Part shown: in pieces, positions 1-8,928 of the stretch
Position numbering within the stretch: the stretch's first letter is position 1
How the letters are laid out: the number at the start of each line of letters is the position of its first letter
Assembly (NCBI GenBank): GCA_945859975.1
Contig: CAMAPH010000035.1
Location: 1-31,250 of the forward strand
Source of the DNA: Chthonomonas calidirosea
GTDB taxonomy: Bacteria > Armatimonadota > Fimbriimonadia > Fimbriimonadales > Fimbriimonadaceae
Direction: 5' to 3'
Length of the DNA stretch: 31,250 nucleotides
The notes under the pieces: model-generated
Seen by the model: the letters and a program-made list of their open reading frames with translations, nothing else
What the model was told of the DNA's origin: nothing
The model's database searches: none
Translations under genes and position numbers: made by a program

Positions 1-77
1 ACGTCGCCTTCGAGAGTGAATTCGGTTTTATCCGCAAAGGTCTTGAAACCGATGATGCGGACGCGCTTCAAACGCAT
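1..77 (-). CDS. smc: Chromosome segregation protein SMC, 5' end only (gene runs off the left edge)
   Basis: Not in the ORF track. The reverse complement from the ATG at 77 reads MRLKRVRIIGFKTFADKTEFTLEGD, matching the SMC N-terminal GFK(S/T)FAD motif that precedes Walker A. Only 25 codons are visible. Confidence 0.75.
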   Translation of the reverse strand, partial: MRLKRVRIIGFKTFADKTEFTLEGD

Positions 78-120
78 GCGTTATTGTGACGGCCCACGGG
101 CAGTTTTTGGCTCACGGTTC

Positions 121-708
121 TTACGGCCTCGGCAACTCAAAGCTTTCGACCGTGCCCAAATCCAGATACCCCGGCCCGCCCAAGCGAGCTATCAACCCGC
201 CCCCGGCTTCCTCGAAGTGAGCCATCAGAACCTCGCCAATTACGTACCGGGCGGCGTTCGGCCCCTGACCATGCTCAACGACCTCAAACAGCTTGCACTC
301 CAAGTGCACCGGACTCTCCAAGACACGCTCCGGCGCAATCATCGAAGAGGGAAGAGCCGCAAACTTCGTCCAAGACCACTCCGACTCGTTCGCTGGCAAA
401 TTGCGACTCGTCTGATTCATATCGTCCGCCATCTCTCGAGTCACGAGGTTAACAACAAACTCGCCCGTCTCGCGAATGTTGCGGAGCGTGTCCTTCATCA
501 GCCCTTTCCCTGTGAGAGTAGGGGAGATCATGAGGCTGGCCGGATTGCTCCCGCCAAGCATAAAGAAGCTGAACGGCGCCAAATTTGGCACCCCATCCGC
601 CCCGATCGTAGAAACCAGAGCGATCGGCCGCGGCACCACCAAATTGGTGAGCAGCTTGTATCCGTCAAGCGGAGAAATGGATTTGAGTTCAATCGACTGG
701 TGCGCCAT
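121..708 (-). CDS. Flavin reductase-like FMN-binding protein (DIM6/NTAB family)
   Basis: 195 aa with family motifs VVPRPIALVST, NLAPFSFF, KDTLRNIRETGEFVVN, ESPVHLEC and IARLGG. It starts 1 nt after the trpA stop. Confidence 0.85.
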   Translation of the reverse strand: MAHQSIELKSISPLDGYKLLTNLVVPRPIALVSTIGADGVPNLAPFSFFMLGGSNPASLMISPTLTGKGLMKDTLRNIRETGEFVVNLVTREMADDMNQTSRNLPANESEWSWTKFAALPSSMIAPERVLESPVHLECKLFEVVEHGQGPNAARYVIGEVLMAHFEEAGGGLIARLGGPGYLDLGTVESFELPRP

Positions 709-709
709 C

Positions 710-1501
710 TCAGCCTCGCGTCGCGGCCTTTAGCTCGGCCACCGCGTCATGAATCTCCGCCGCCCCCGCTCCGCCGTCCCACTTCTTATGCAGCAGATTT
801 ACAAGGTAAGAACCCACCACCGCGCCATCCGCGACCTGACACACCATCCGAACATGGGTCGGCGATGAGATCCCGAACCCGACGCAAACCGGCTTATCGG
901 TCCGCAACTTGATCGCGCTTACCAGCCCCTGAACCTCCGGTGGAGCCGCGTTCTCTGCGCCAGTGACTCCCGTTCGGCTCACCGCATAAACAAACCCCGT
1001 CGACCGCGCCGCAACCTCGTCCATTCGAGACTGCGTGCTCGTCGGCGCGACGAGAAAAATCGTCTCAAGGTCGTTCGCCGTACAGGCCGCGCACCACTCA
1101 TCCGCCTCTTCCGGAACAAGGTCGCTAATGATCGTGCCCGTAACCCCCGCCGCCCGACTCCGTTCCGCAAAAGTCGACCATCCCATTCGCATCACCGGAT
1201 TCACGTAGCCCATCGTGACAATTGGAATGGTCCGCGGAAGATCAGAAAGAGCATTCAAAATATCAATCGGCTTCGTGCCGTTATCCAAGCTCCGCTGACT
1301 GCTAGCCTGAATCGTCGGACCTTCACCGAAAGGGTCGCTAAACGGAATTCCGATCTCAATCGCATCTGCTCCCGCCGATTCGAGGGTGCTAACAATCGCG
1401 GGAAGTTGCGACAAAGGCTGGTCACCTGCGGTGAGAAACAGAACCAGTGCCTTTTCCTGCTTCGACTTTAACTGAGAGAACCGGTCCGAGAGGGTAATCA
1501 C
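710..1501 (-). CDS. trpA: Tryptophan synthase alpha chain
   Basis: Motifs EIGIPFSDP..GPTIQ, MGYVNP, FLVAPTS, FVYAVSRTGVTG, VGFGIS and ADGAVVGS. The start was moved to the GTG at 1501 because the ORF-track start (1528) lies in the upstream terminator's U-tract. Confidence 0.95.
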   Translation of the reverse strand: MITLSDRFSQLKSKQEKALVLFLTAGDQPLSQLPAIVSTLESAGADAIEIGIPFSDPFGEGPTIQASSQRSLDNGTKPIDILNALSDLPRTIPIVTMGYVNPVMRMGWSTFAERSRAAGVTGTIISDLVPEEADEWCAACTANDLETIFLVAPTSTQSRMDEVAARSTGFVYAVSRTGVTGAENAAPPEVQGLVSAIKLRTDKPVCVGFGISSPTHVRMVCQVADGAVVGSYLVNLLHKKWDGGAGAAEIHDAVAELKAATRG

Positions 1502-1509
1502 CGTGTGCG

Positions 1510-1515
1510 AGTTTA
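1510..1515 (-). promoter_or_regulatory. Putative -10 hexamer (TAAACT) for a leaderless or near-leaderless trpA transcript
   Basis: Minus strand reads GCCGG-TAAACT-CGCACACG-GTG with no SD motif. It lies just downstream of a terminator, so trpA needs its own promoter. Confidence 0.45.
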
Positions 1516-1526
1516 CCGGCGAGCCC

Positions 1527-1562
1527 AAAAAATCCCGCCTTCCGAAAACTCGAAAGGCGGGA
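1527..1562 (-). terminator. Rho-independent terminator of the 1571..4762 gene
   Basis: Minus-strand hairpin UCCCGCCUUUCGA-GUUU-UCGGAAGGCGGGA: 13 bp including one G-U that only forms on the minus strand, followed directly by UUUUUU. Confidence 0.85.
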
Positions 1563-1570
1563 AAGAGCGA

Positions 1571-4500
1571 CTAAGGAGGCGTGACCGTAACAACCGCCGC
1601 TTTCACGCTGTCCGTACCGATGGATGCGTAAATGTTGCTGGTAGCTGAGGTGCCGGTTCGAGGGAAGGTCGTGATCGTGAAGTTGACTGTGGTTGCTCCG
1701 GCCGGAACCGTAACAGTCAGCGGAACCGAAGCCAAAGTTGGCTTTTGGCTACTCAACTTCACCACCAAACCACCCGCCGCCGCTGGTCCATTCAGCGTCA
1801 CTGTTCCGGTCGTCGTCGTGCCGCCGACCACCGTGCTCGGCGAAATGCTCACCGTTGTTACAACGGGCCTAACCACCCTAAGCAGCTTGCCCTGTGTCCC
1901 CATCCCGGGGAGGTTGGCGTAGATGTAGAACGAGATCGGGTCTCCGTTCCGAGCCGCTGTCGGAATCGGCACTGCGATCGTATCTGATCCTGCGGGAATG
2001 GTCACCGTCGCTGGTACCGTCGCCAGTGTCGGCTTTTGGCTTCGCAACTCCACGACCGTGCCACCAACCGGGGCTGGGTAGTCAATCTTCACAACCGCAC
2101 TGCTTGCCGTTCCTCCCGTCACCGTAGCCGGAGAAAGAACAATACTCTTCAGGTTTCGAATCTTGATGGCAACGTACTGGCGCAGGTTTAGGACGGCAGT
2201 TCCGGCATAGACGTAAATCGTCTTCGCGGTATTCCCAATCGAAGTTACGGTGAACGTTGCGGATGTTCCACCCGCCGGAATCGTTACCGTTGCCGGAACT
2301 ACCAAGTCCGCATCAGTCGAGCTTAGCCGCACGACTTGGCCCCCCACTGGCGCAGGCCCATCAATTCCCACCGTGCCCTGCGCCGACTCAAGAGTGCGCA
2401 GAACGGGGAAGGGGTGTAGGAAGTTCAGATTCCTTCGAACCACGTTGATCGTGACCGTCTTGTCTCGGTAAGTTGGGCCAGCAGTGAGGTTGAGTGGGCC
2501 AGCCGGCGCAGAAGGCAAGAAGTTAACTGGAACCGTCAATCTCGACTGCCCTTGAGGCACCACCAAAGAGGAAGGAAAGGTCACCGCTCCCGGATTACTG
2601 GAAGTCAAAGTGACCGGTACGCCGCCCGGCCCCGCAGCCGCTTGTAATGTAAAGGTCACGCTCACCGTGCCGTTAACGCCAACTTCCGTTGCGCTCGCCG
2701 CAAATCCACCCACTCGAGGTGTCCGAATCTCGAACGGAGTTCGAACAACGCCGGAAACCGCGCTGCTCGCGATCACGTCAACGAAGCCGTCTGCGGTCAC
2801 TGGCAGGGTGCTCGCCGTAAAGCTGACAGAAGAAGCTCCCGCCGGAACCGTCACCGAACTCGGAACCGTCATATTCGGACTGTTCGTGATCAAGTTCACG
2901 CGCATTCCGCCCGCAGGCGCCGGAGCATTCAAGTTCAACGTGCCAGTGACGTTCTTGCCCCCAACTTCATAAGTTCCGCCAAAGGTGATGTTTAGTCCAG
3001 GGACGGTTAGGTCGTAAAGGTTCACCCAGTTCGTGTTTTGATACTCGGAAAAGTCCTGAGTCCAGATTCCAACCAGCATTCGGCCCGACTGCAACTGGAA
3101 AAGCGGCGGCCGTCGCGTGTACTCAGCGAAGAATAGCTGGAAGTAGTCGGTAAAGTTTGCTGTCGTATTAGTGATCCTAAACAGCGCTACGTTGCCGTAG
3201 ATGTTGAAGTTGCCCGGCGACTCGTACTCTTCTGAAAGGTCAACGCCAAGCACATCTCCCATGAGATCAACGTACCAACCAAACCAGTAGGAATCCTTGG
3301 TTCCTATTTCTCCCCCGCCATAATCGATCGTTTCTGGATCTCCGTTATATGGGCTAAGAATGGTCTGCGCGAGCGAGAAAGTCGCTCCGCTGGGCGTGTA
3401 AATTCGAACAACGCCATCTCCCTCTAGCGGGAACCCGACCGCGATTCGATCCCCGCTAACGTCCGTACTCGTCGCATCAGCTGGAATCGGAACGGTCGCC
3501 GCAAGCGTGAGCGTTGTTGCTCCTGCGTTATAAACCTGAACGGTGTCACCGGCGAGAACGACGACGCGATTTCCATCAAAGCCAATGCTTCTTCCAAGGG
3601 CTTGACCGTCAGCACCTAGCACCGAGAACGTCTCTTGCCAGACCCCGCCAACCGGGGCGAACATGTACAACTTTCCTTTGTTCAAGTGACCAGGCGCACC
3701 GACGATAAGTCGGTTTCCGACCAACTTGAAGAATCGGTTATCCGCGGCGAAGTCGCTAAAATCAACACCGTTCTCAGCGAGTTCGGCTATCTGATTCCAA
3801 GTCGATCCTGTTCGTTCGAAGATGTAGACCAAGCTTCCCGCACCCACCGCGAGCCGATTCCCGTCCAAGCTCACCGTGCGGCCAAAGGGCAGGACGACGG
3901 CTGTGTTACTTTGCTGTATCGCTTGCTGCAGCACCCAATCCGTACCGTTGTAGACAAAGATGTAAACCTTCCCCTGGTTCGTCCCAAGCCAGTCATCGCG
4001 CTGAGCGCCGATGGCCACCGTAAATCCGTCGACGGCAAAGGCGGAACCAAAAACGGTGTCCACCTCAGAATCGGTCGGGTGATTGAATCGTTTCGTAAAT
4101 GACCAATCCGGATCGATCGATACCGGATAGGCCGCGACTCGGTCATCAATCGAGATGAAGTATCCGTCCTTCGCTGGCACCAACTTTGCCGGCAAGCGGC
4201 GGTTCTTGGCGTCCCAAACCGTGAGATTTGAATATTGGAACGTCGATCCGCCTACCTGGAATTGAAGGGCAGTCTTTGCCAAAGCTTCGATTTTCGTGGC
4301 TCCAGAAACGGCAACCTTCACGAAGGCATTGCCCGTCTCGCCCGCTGGCCGAGCTTGAATCTGAAACGTATGTCGCATCCCGCCCCGTGCGCTCACGTAC
4401 TGCTCGGTCAGGCCAGACCGCTTCAATTCGAGCGTTGGCCAACCAAATCGGTCCGTTCCGGTTTTGAGTAAGGCGGGAGTTCCGACCGGCGACGCGCTTG

Positions 4501-4762
4501 CGTACCCTTGCCGGCCAACTTGCTTCGCAACGACGCTTAATCGGTTTGAACCAGACTGCACCGTTGCCACGCCCGACTCGGAGAACGTGAACTTCGCACC
4601 AGAACGAGAATGACTGGCCCGATACCCGCCCTCCGGCGCTCGCTCAAAGCTCTGGAACGTTTGCTGAACCACGGTTCGCAGACGCGTGCTATTCTCGATT
4701 TCCGTTGCATGCGTCACCGCTGCACAACCCATCACAGACAAAGCCAACAAACAGCGCTTCAT
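1571..4762 (-). CDS. Large secreted protein, paralogue A: signal peptide, N-domain ending YPVSIDP, FG-GAP-like beta-propeller, five Ig-like PAPAGG repeats
   Basis: N-terminus MKRCLLALSVMGCAAVTHA resembles a signal peptide. Repeated FG-x-x-V/A-x-x-DG...L-x-VGA...G-K-V-Y-I-F blades follow. The C-terminal half has five ~90-aa repeats of G-x-V-x-L-x-x-PAPxGG-x-x-V-x-L-x-S...VP-x-x-VT(V/I)PAG. Confidence 0.8.
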   Translation of the reverse strand: MKRCLLALSVMGCAAVTHATEIENSTRLRTVVQQTFQSFERAPEGGYRASHSRSGAKFTFSESGVATVQSGSNRLSVVAKQVGRQGYASASPVGTPALLKTGTDRFGWPTLELKRSGLTEQYVSARGGMRHTFQIQARPAGETGNAFVKVAVSGATKIEALAKTALQFQVGGSTFQYSNLTVWDAKNRRLPAKLVPAKDGYFISIDDRVAAYPVSIDPDWSFTKRFNHPTDSEVDTVFGSAFAVDGFTVAIGAQRDDWLGTNQGKVYIFVYNGTDWVLQQAIQQSNTAVVLPFGRTVSLDGNRLAVGAGSLVYIFERTGSTWNQIAELAENGVDFSDFAADNRFFKLVGNRLIVGAPGHLNKGKLYMFAPVGGVWQETFSVLGADGQALGRSIGFDGNRVVVLAGDTVQVYNAGATTLTLAATVPIPADATSTDVSGDRIAVGFPLEGDGVVRIYTPSGATFSLAQTILSPYNGDPETIDYGGGEIGTKDSYWFGWYVDLMGDVLGVDLSEEYESPGNFNIYGNVALFRITNTTANFTDYFQLFFAEYTRRPPLFQLQSGRMLVGIWTQDFSEYQNTNWVNLYDLTVPGLNITFGGTYEVGGKNVTGTLNLNAPAPAGGMRVNLITNSPNMTVPSSVTVPAGASSVSFTASTLPVTADGFVDVIASSAVSGVVRTPFEIRTPRVGGFAASATEVGVNGTVSVTFTLQAAAGPGGVPVTLTSSNPGAVTFPSSLVVPQGQSRLTVPVNFLPSAPAGPLNLTAGPTYRDKTVTINVVRRNLNFLHPFPVLRTLESAQGTVGIDGPAPVGGQVVRLSSTDADLVVPATVTIPAGGTSATFTVTSIGNTAKTIYVYAGTAVLNLRQYVAIKIRNLKSIVLSPATVTGGTASSAVVKIDYPAPVGGTVVELRSQKPTLATVPATVTIPAGSDTIAVPIPTAARNGDPISFYIYANLPGMGTQGKLLRVVRPVVTTVSISPSTVVGGTTTTGTVTLNGPAAAGGLVVKLSSQKPTLASVPLTVTVPAGATTVNFTITTFPRTGTSATSNIYASIGTDSVKAAVVTVTPP

Positions 4763-4768
4763 GAGCCA

Positions 4769-4777
4769 AGTCTAGGC
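4769..4777 (-). promoter_or_regulatory. Putative leaderless promoter -10 (GCC-TAGACT) of paralogue A
   Basis: TAGACT lies 6 nt before the ATG with no SD. The same GCCTAGACT-N6-ATG occurs upstream of paralogue B. Confidence 0.6.
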
Positions 4778-4859
4778 TGATTCAACGAAAAGAACAGCAA
4801 AAACTCGAAAGTATTTTTGCTGGGTTATTGTCCGAGACTTAAGACAATAGAAGGTCAAC

Positions 4860-4887
4860 TCGCCTCCCGACCGCAATCGGGAGACAA
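4860..4887 (-). terminator. Hairpin after paralogue B (probable terminator or 3' stabiliser)
   Basis: CUCCCGA/UCGGGAG core, extended by G-U pairs on the minus strand, just after a triple stop TGA-TAA-TGA. The U-tract is weak. Confidence 0.55.
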
Positions 4888-4897
4888 TCGCTCATTA

Positions 4898-7800
4898 TCA
4901 CGGCGCGGTAACGGTGACAACCGCCGCTTTCACGCTGTCCGCGCCAATGGAAGCATAGATGTTGAACGTGATTGGCGCGCCTGTTCGCGGGACCGTAGTT
5001 ATTGGGAAGGTAACCGAAGTTGCCCCGGCAGGAACAGTAACCGTCGCCGGAACCGCGCCAATTGTAGGCTTTTGGCTCGAGAGTTTCACCACCAAACCGC
5101 CCGCAGCCGCCGGACCACTCAGCGTCACCGTTCCGGTAGTAGTGTTGCCACCAACCACCGTGCTCGGCGATATGCTAACAGTCGATACCACCGGTCGAAC
5201 GATCCGAATCTTTGCTCCCTTAGTTCCTTGACCCGTCAAGTTTCCATAGATGTAGAACTCGATCGGATCACTATTCCGAGCAACGGTTGTGACCGGAACC
5301 GAGACGGACATTGCGCCGGCCGGCACCGTCGCCGTAGCTGGAACACTCGCCAGAGTCGGCTTCTGGCTCTTGAGATTGATGATCATCCCTCCTTGCGGGG
5401 CCGGGTAGTCAACGGTTAGGATCAAGTTCGCCGTTTTTCCACCCGTGACAACGTTCGGCGAAACGGCAATGGTGGCGAGACGGCGCGCCTCAATCCGGAT
5501 CCACTGGCGCAATGTAAGGGTAGAAATCCCCGCCCGAATATACGTGATTTGGGCTGTCAGTCCGACGGAAGTGATCGGAAACTCAACGTAATGCACCCCG
5601 GCTGGAATGGTTACCGTGGAAGGAACTGAGAGCTCAGGACTATCGCTAGTGAGCTTAACGATTTGGCCACCGGCCGGAGCGGGTCCGTCAAGCTCCACTC
5701 GTCCGGTGGTCGATTCAGAAGTCTTTAACAAGGTTTGGTTTACAACGATGTAGGTTAAATTCCTCTTGACGACATTGATGGTGACCGTCTTCTCTCGATA
5801 GCTCGGGCCCGCCGTAAGCGAGATCGGTCCCGAAGGCAACGAGTTTGAGAACTGAACCGGAACCACCAACCGCGATTGCCCCTGCGGTACTACCATCGAG
5901 GTCGGAATGGTCACTCCGGCAGGATTTGTAGATGTTAGCGTCACCGGAACGCCGCCTGGACCGGCCACCGCCTGCAGCGTAAAGGTCAAGTTGACCGCTC
6001 CACCAGGCGCGAGCTCCGTGGCACTCGTTGAAAGACTTCCAACTCGCGGGCTACGAACTTCAAAAGCAGTCCGGAAGTTGCCGGATACTTCACTTGTTGC
6101 CATCACATCAACGAAACCGTCTGTCGCAACCGGAAGGGTTGTGGCGGTGAAGGTCGCTGAAGTCGCTCCTGCCGGAACCGTTACAACCGCCGGGACGGTC
6201 ATGTTTGGGCTCGTCGTCATCAGATTGACCCTTGCGCCGCCGGCAGGTGCCGGTTCCGCTAAGGTTATCGTCCCGGTAACGTTCTTACCTCCGACTTCAT
6301 AAACAACACCAAAGGTCACGCTTAGCCCACCTGCGCTGCTGGTAAAGATATCGGCTGCACTTAAATCTTGGAAATCGGTAAGCAGGTCCTGCCAAAGGCC
6401 CGCAATCATCTGGCCCGATTGAAGGTGGAATAGCGGCACTTCGCCGCGATACGCGTAGAATCCGAATCCCAGACGGTCCGTAAACGCGGCTGTCGTATCG
6501 GTGATTCGAAAGAGCAATGCTTGCCCTTCGGTCACGTAATCACCCGGTGCGGTATAGAGTCGATAGATGTCAGATCCGAGCAAGTCGCCCATTAGGTCCA
6601 CGTAACCGCCAAACCCAAACCAATCTCGTTGCCCCATTTCACCGCCAAGATCAACATCTTCTGGCGGGCCATCGTAAGGGCTAATGATCGTCTGTGAGAG
6701 CGCAAACGTGCCTCCACTTTGCGTGTAAATCCGAATCACGCCGTCACCCTCCGAAGGGTAGCCCACTGCGATTCGATTGCCGTTGATGTCAACCGACTTC
6801 CATCCGGCGGGAATCGGCACGGTGGAGGCGAAGGTTAGTGTAGTGGCACCTGCATCAAAAACCGTGATGTTGTTGCCCGTTCCTAAAGCGACGACTCGGT
6901 TGCCGTCGAAGCCCATGCTCTTTCCAAGGTTTTGTCCGGCCGCGCCAACCACCGAAAAGGTCTCCTGCCATACCCCGGCGACGGGAGCAAACACGTAGAG
7001 CTTGCCGGTGTTTAGGTAATCAGGTGCAGCAACGATCAGTCGGTTGTCAATGAGTTTGAAGTACCGATTATCCGCTGCAAAATTGCTGTAAGGGTCGTCT
7101 GCGCTCGCGGAAAACTGGGCGACTTGGTTCCACGTGGTACCCGTCCGCTCAAACATGAATGCCGTGTTTCCCGCTCCGACTGCTAAGCGGTTACCGTACA
7201 GACTAACTGCCTGACCAAATGGCAACATCACCGAAAGGTCGCTTTGTTGGATTACTTGTTGCGACACCCAACTCGCTCCGTTGTAAACAAAGATGTAAAC
7301 CTTGCCCTCCTCATCACCCGGAGCCCCTACCGCAACCGTGAAGCCATCAATGGCAACCGCCGCGCCGAATAGCGTGTCGTGGTACGGATCCGTCGGGTGG
7401 GTAAGTCGCTGCGAGAAGGACCAGTCAGGATCGATCGTTACCGGATACGTCGCATTCCGATCGTCCACCGAGATAAAGAAGCCGTCCTTTGCTGGCACCA
7501 GCTTCGCCGCCAACCGCCGATTCTTAGCGTCCCAAACCGTCAGCTCGCTGTATCGGAACGAGGAACCTCCAACTTGAAATCGCAGTGCCGTTTTGCCGGA
7601 CGCTTCAATCTTGCTCGCACCCGAAACCGCGACTTTAATGAACGCATTGCCTGTCTCGCCCACAGGACGAGAAAGGATCTGGAAGGCATGCCGCATTCCT
7701 GCTCGCCCGTTCACGTATTGCTCTGAGATTCCTACCCGCTTAAGCTCGAGGGTTGGCCAACCGAACCGATCTTCCGACGAAGAAATTGCGTTTGGACTAC

Positions 7801-8080
7801 CGATGGGCATCGTGCCGGCATATCCCTGCCGACCCAGTTCCTTTGCCACTACCTTGAGTTGATCAATGCCGGATTGCACCGTCGTGACCCCGGAGGCAGA
7901 GAAGCTGAACTTCGCCGCAGAACGAACCGGCGCGGCCCGGTATTCGCCGGTGGATGTCTTTTCAAACGACTGACGCACTTGCTGAACAACGGTCACAAGG
8001 CTAGCCCGATTCTCGATCTCCGTTGAAAGCGCGATCGCGCAACAACAGAACCACGTCAAAACCAAAAGCAACCGCTTCAT
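4898..8080 (-). CDS. Large secreted protein, paralogue B (same architecture as 1571..4762)
   Basis: 1060 aa, collinear with paralogue A along its full length. Shared segments include DRFGWPTLELKR, VWDAKNRRL, YPVxIDPDWSF and GPAAAGGLVVKLSSQKPT. Confidence 0.8.
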   Translation of the reverse strand: MKRLLLVLTWFCCCAIALSTEIENRASLVTVVQQVRQSFEKTSTGEYRAAPVRSAAKFSFSASGVTTVQSGIDQLKVVAKELGRQGYAGTMPIGSPNAISSSEDRFGWPTLELKRVGISEQYVNGRAGMRHAFQILSRPVGETGNAFIKVAVSGASKIEASGKTALRFQVGGSSFRYSELTVWDAKNRRLAAKLVPAKDGFFISVDDRNATYPVTIDPDWSFSQRLTHPTDPYHDTLFGAAVAIDGFTVAVGAPGDEEGKVYIFVYNGASWVSQQVIQQSDLSVMLPFGQAVSLYGNRLAVGAGNTAFMFERTGTTWNQVAQFSASADDPYSNFAADNRYFKLIDNRLIVAAPDYLNTGKLYVFAPVAGVWQETFSVVGAAGQNLGKSMGFDGNRVVALGTGNNITVFDAGATTLTFASTVPIPAGWKSVDINGNRIAVGYPSEGDGVIRIYTQSGGTFALSQTIISPYDGPPEDVDLGGEMGQRDWFGFGGYVDLMGDLLGSDIYRLYTAPGDYVTEGQALLFRITDTTAAFTDRLGFGFYAYRGEVPLFHLQSGQMIAGLWQDLLTDFQDLSAADIFTSSAGGLSVTFGVVYEVGGKNVTGTITLAEPAPAGGARVNLMTTSPNMTVPAVVTVPAGATSATFTATTLPVATDGFVDVMATSEVSGNFRTAFEVRSPRVGSLSTSATELAPGGAVNLTFTLQAVAGPGGVPVTLTSTNPAGVTIPTSMVVPQGQSRLVVPVQFSNSLPSGPISLTAGPSYREKTVTINVVKRNLTYIVVNQTLLKTSESTTGRVELDGPAPAGGQIVKLTSDSPELSVPSTVTIPAGVHYVEFPITSVGLTAQITYIRAGISTLTLRQWIRIEARRLATIAVSPNVVTGGKTANLILTVDYPAPQGGMIINLKSQKPTLASVPATATVPAGAMSVSVPVTTVARNSDPIEFYIYGNLTGQGTKGAKIRIVRPVVSTVSISPSTVVGGNTTTGTVTLSGPAAAGGLVVKLSSQKPTIGAVPATVTVPAGATSVTFPITTVPRTGAPITFNIYASIGADSVKAAVVTVTAP

Positions 8081-8086
8081 AGCTTT

Positions 8087-8095
8087 AGTCTAGGC
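8087..8095 (-). promoter_or_regulatory. Putative leaderless promoter -10 (GCC-TAGACT) of paralogue B
   Basis: Minus strand reads GGGCC-TAGACT-AAAGCT-ATG, the same motif and spacing as upstream of paralogue A. Confidence 0.6.
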
Positions 8096-8198
8096 CCATT
8101 GGAGCTCATTCGGACGGTATCGTGACCAGCATTTTTGCCTGATCCGAACCAAGCCAGATTTCTGTTAAGAGGTCGTCGCCTAGGTACTCTCAAACTTC

Positions 8199-8909
8199 AT
8201 GCGACCCAGTGGCCGAACTCCCGACACCATGCGACCCGTTAGCTTCGAACGGGGATTTTCTAAGTTTGCGGAGGGATCGTGCCTGCTCAAAATCGGCGAA
8301 ACCCACATGCTGGTCACCGCCACCGTCGAAGATCGCGTGCCCCCGTTCATGAAAGGCAAGGGAAGCGGCTGGCTCACTGCCGAATACTCCATGCTCCCAC
8401 GCTCCGGTCGCCAGCGAAATCAGCGCGACCTGATGAAGCCAAATGGCCGCTCCATGGAAATCCAGCGCCTCATCGGCCGCGCGCTCCGAACCGCCATTGA
8501 CCTCGAAAAGCTCGGTGAGCGAACCATTACTCTCGACTGCGACGCGATCCAAGCCGACGGCGGTACTCGTTGTGCCGCCATCACCGCGGGCTATGTTGCC
8601 GCCTATGACGCCGTCCGCTGGATGCTCAGCAAGCGAATGCTCAAGGAGAACGTGATGCGAGAACCCATCGCGGCGATCTCGGTCGGCGTCTACCGTAACA
8701 TCGAAGTGCTTGACCTCGATTACGACGAAGACAGCAACGCCGGAACGGACATGAACATCGTCATGACCGCGTCCCAAAAGTTTGTTGAAATCCAAGGCAC
8801 CGCCGAGGCCGCCCCCTTTGGCGTTGATGTCTTAGGAAAACTGCTGAAGCTAGGACAAAAAGGAATTCTGGAGCTCGTTGAGGGCCAAAAAGAAGTCCTC
8901 GAAATTTAG
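8199..8909 (+). CDS. rph: Ribonuclease PH
   Basis: Motifs MRPSGR, AEGSCL, GWLTAEYSMLP, GRSMEIQRLIGRALR, QADGGTRCAAIT, DLDYDEDS, DMNIVMT and EIQGTAE. Confidence 0.97.
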   Translation: MRPSGRTPDTMRPVSFERGFSKFAEGSCLLKIGETHMLVTATVEDRVPPFMKGKGSGWLTAEYSMLPRSGRQRNQRDLMKPNGRSMEIQRLIGRALRTAIDLEKLGERTITLDCDAIQADGGTRCAAITAGYVAAYDAVRWMLSKRMLKENVMREPIAAISVGVYRNIEVLDLDYDEDSNAGTDMNIVMTASQKFVEIQGTAEAAPFGVDVLGKLLKLGQKGILELVEGQKEVLEI

Positions 8910-8928
8910 TTCTGTTGTAGTGTTAAGC

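Noticed and set aside
16..912. 298-aa plus-strand ORF
   Set aside because: Antisense shadow of smc, the flavin reductase-like gene and trpA. It is Arg/Pro-rich with no recognisable motifs.
1632..7862. Plus-strand ORFs that resemble each other (e.g. 1632..1922 and 4959..5231)
   Set aside because: They are antisense mirrors of the duplicated minus-strand genes, so the similarity is inherited.
1571..8080. Possible diversity-generating retroelement or recombinational shuffling between the paralogues
   Set aside because: There is no reverse transcriptase or recombinase, no near-identical template/variable repeat pair, and differences are not confined to adenines.
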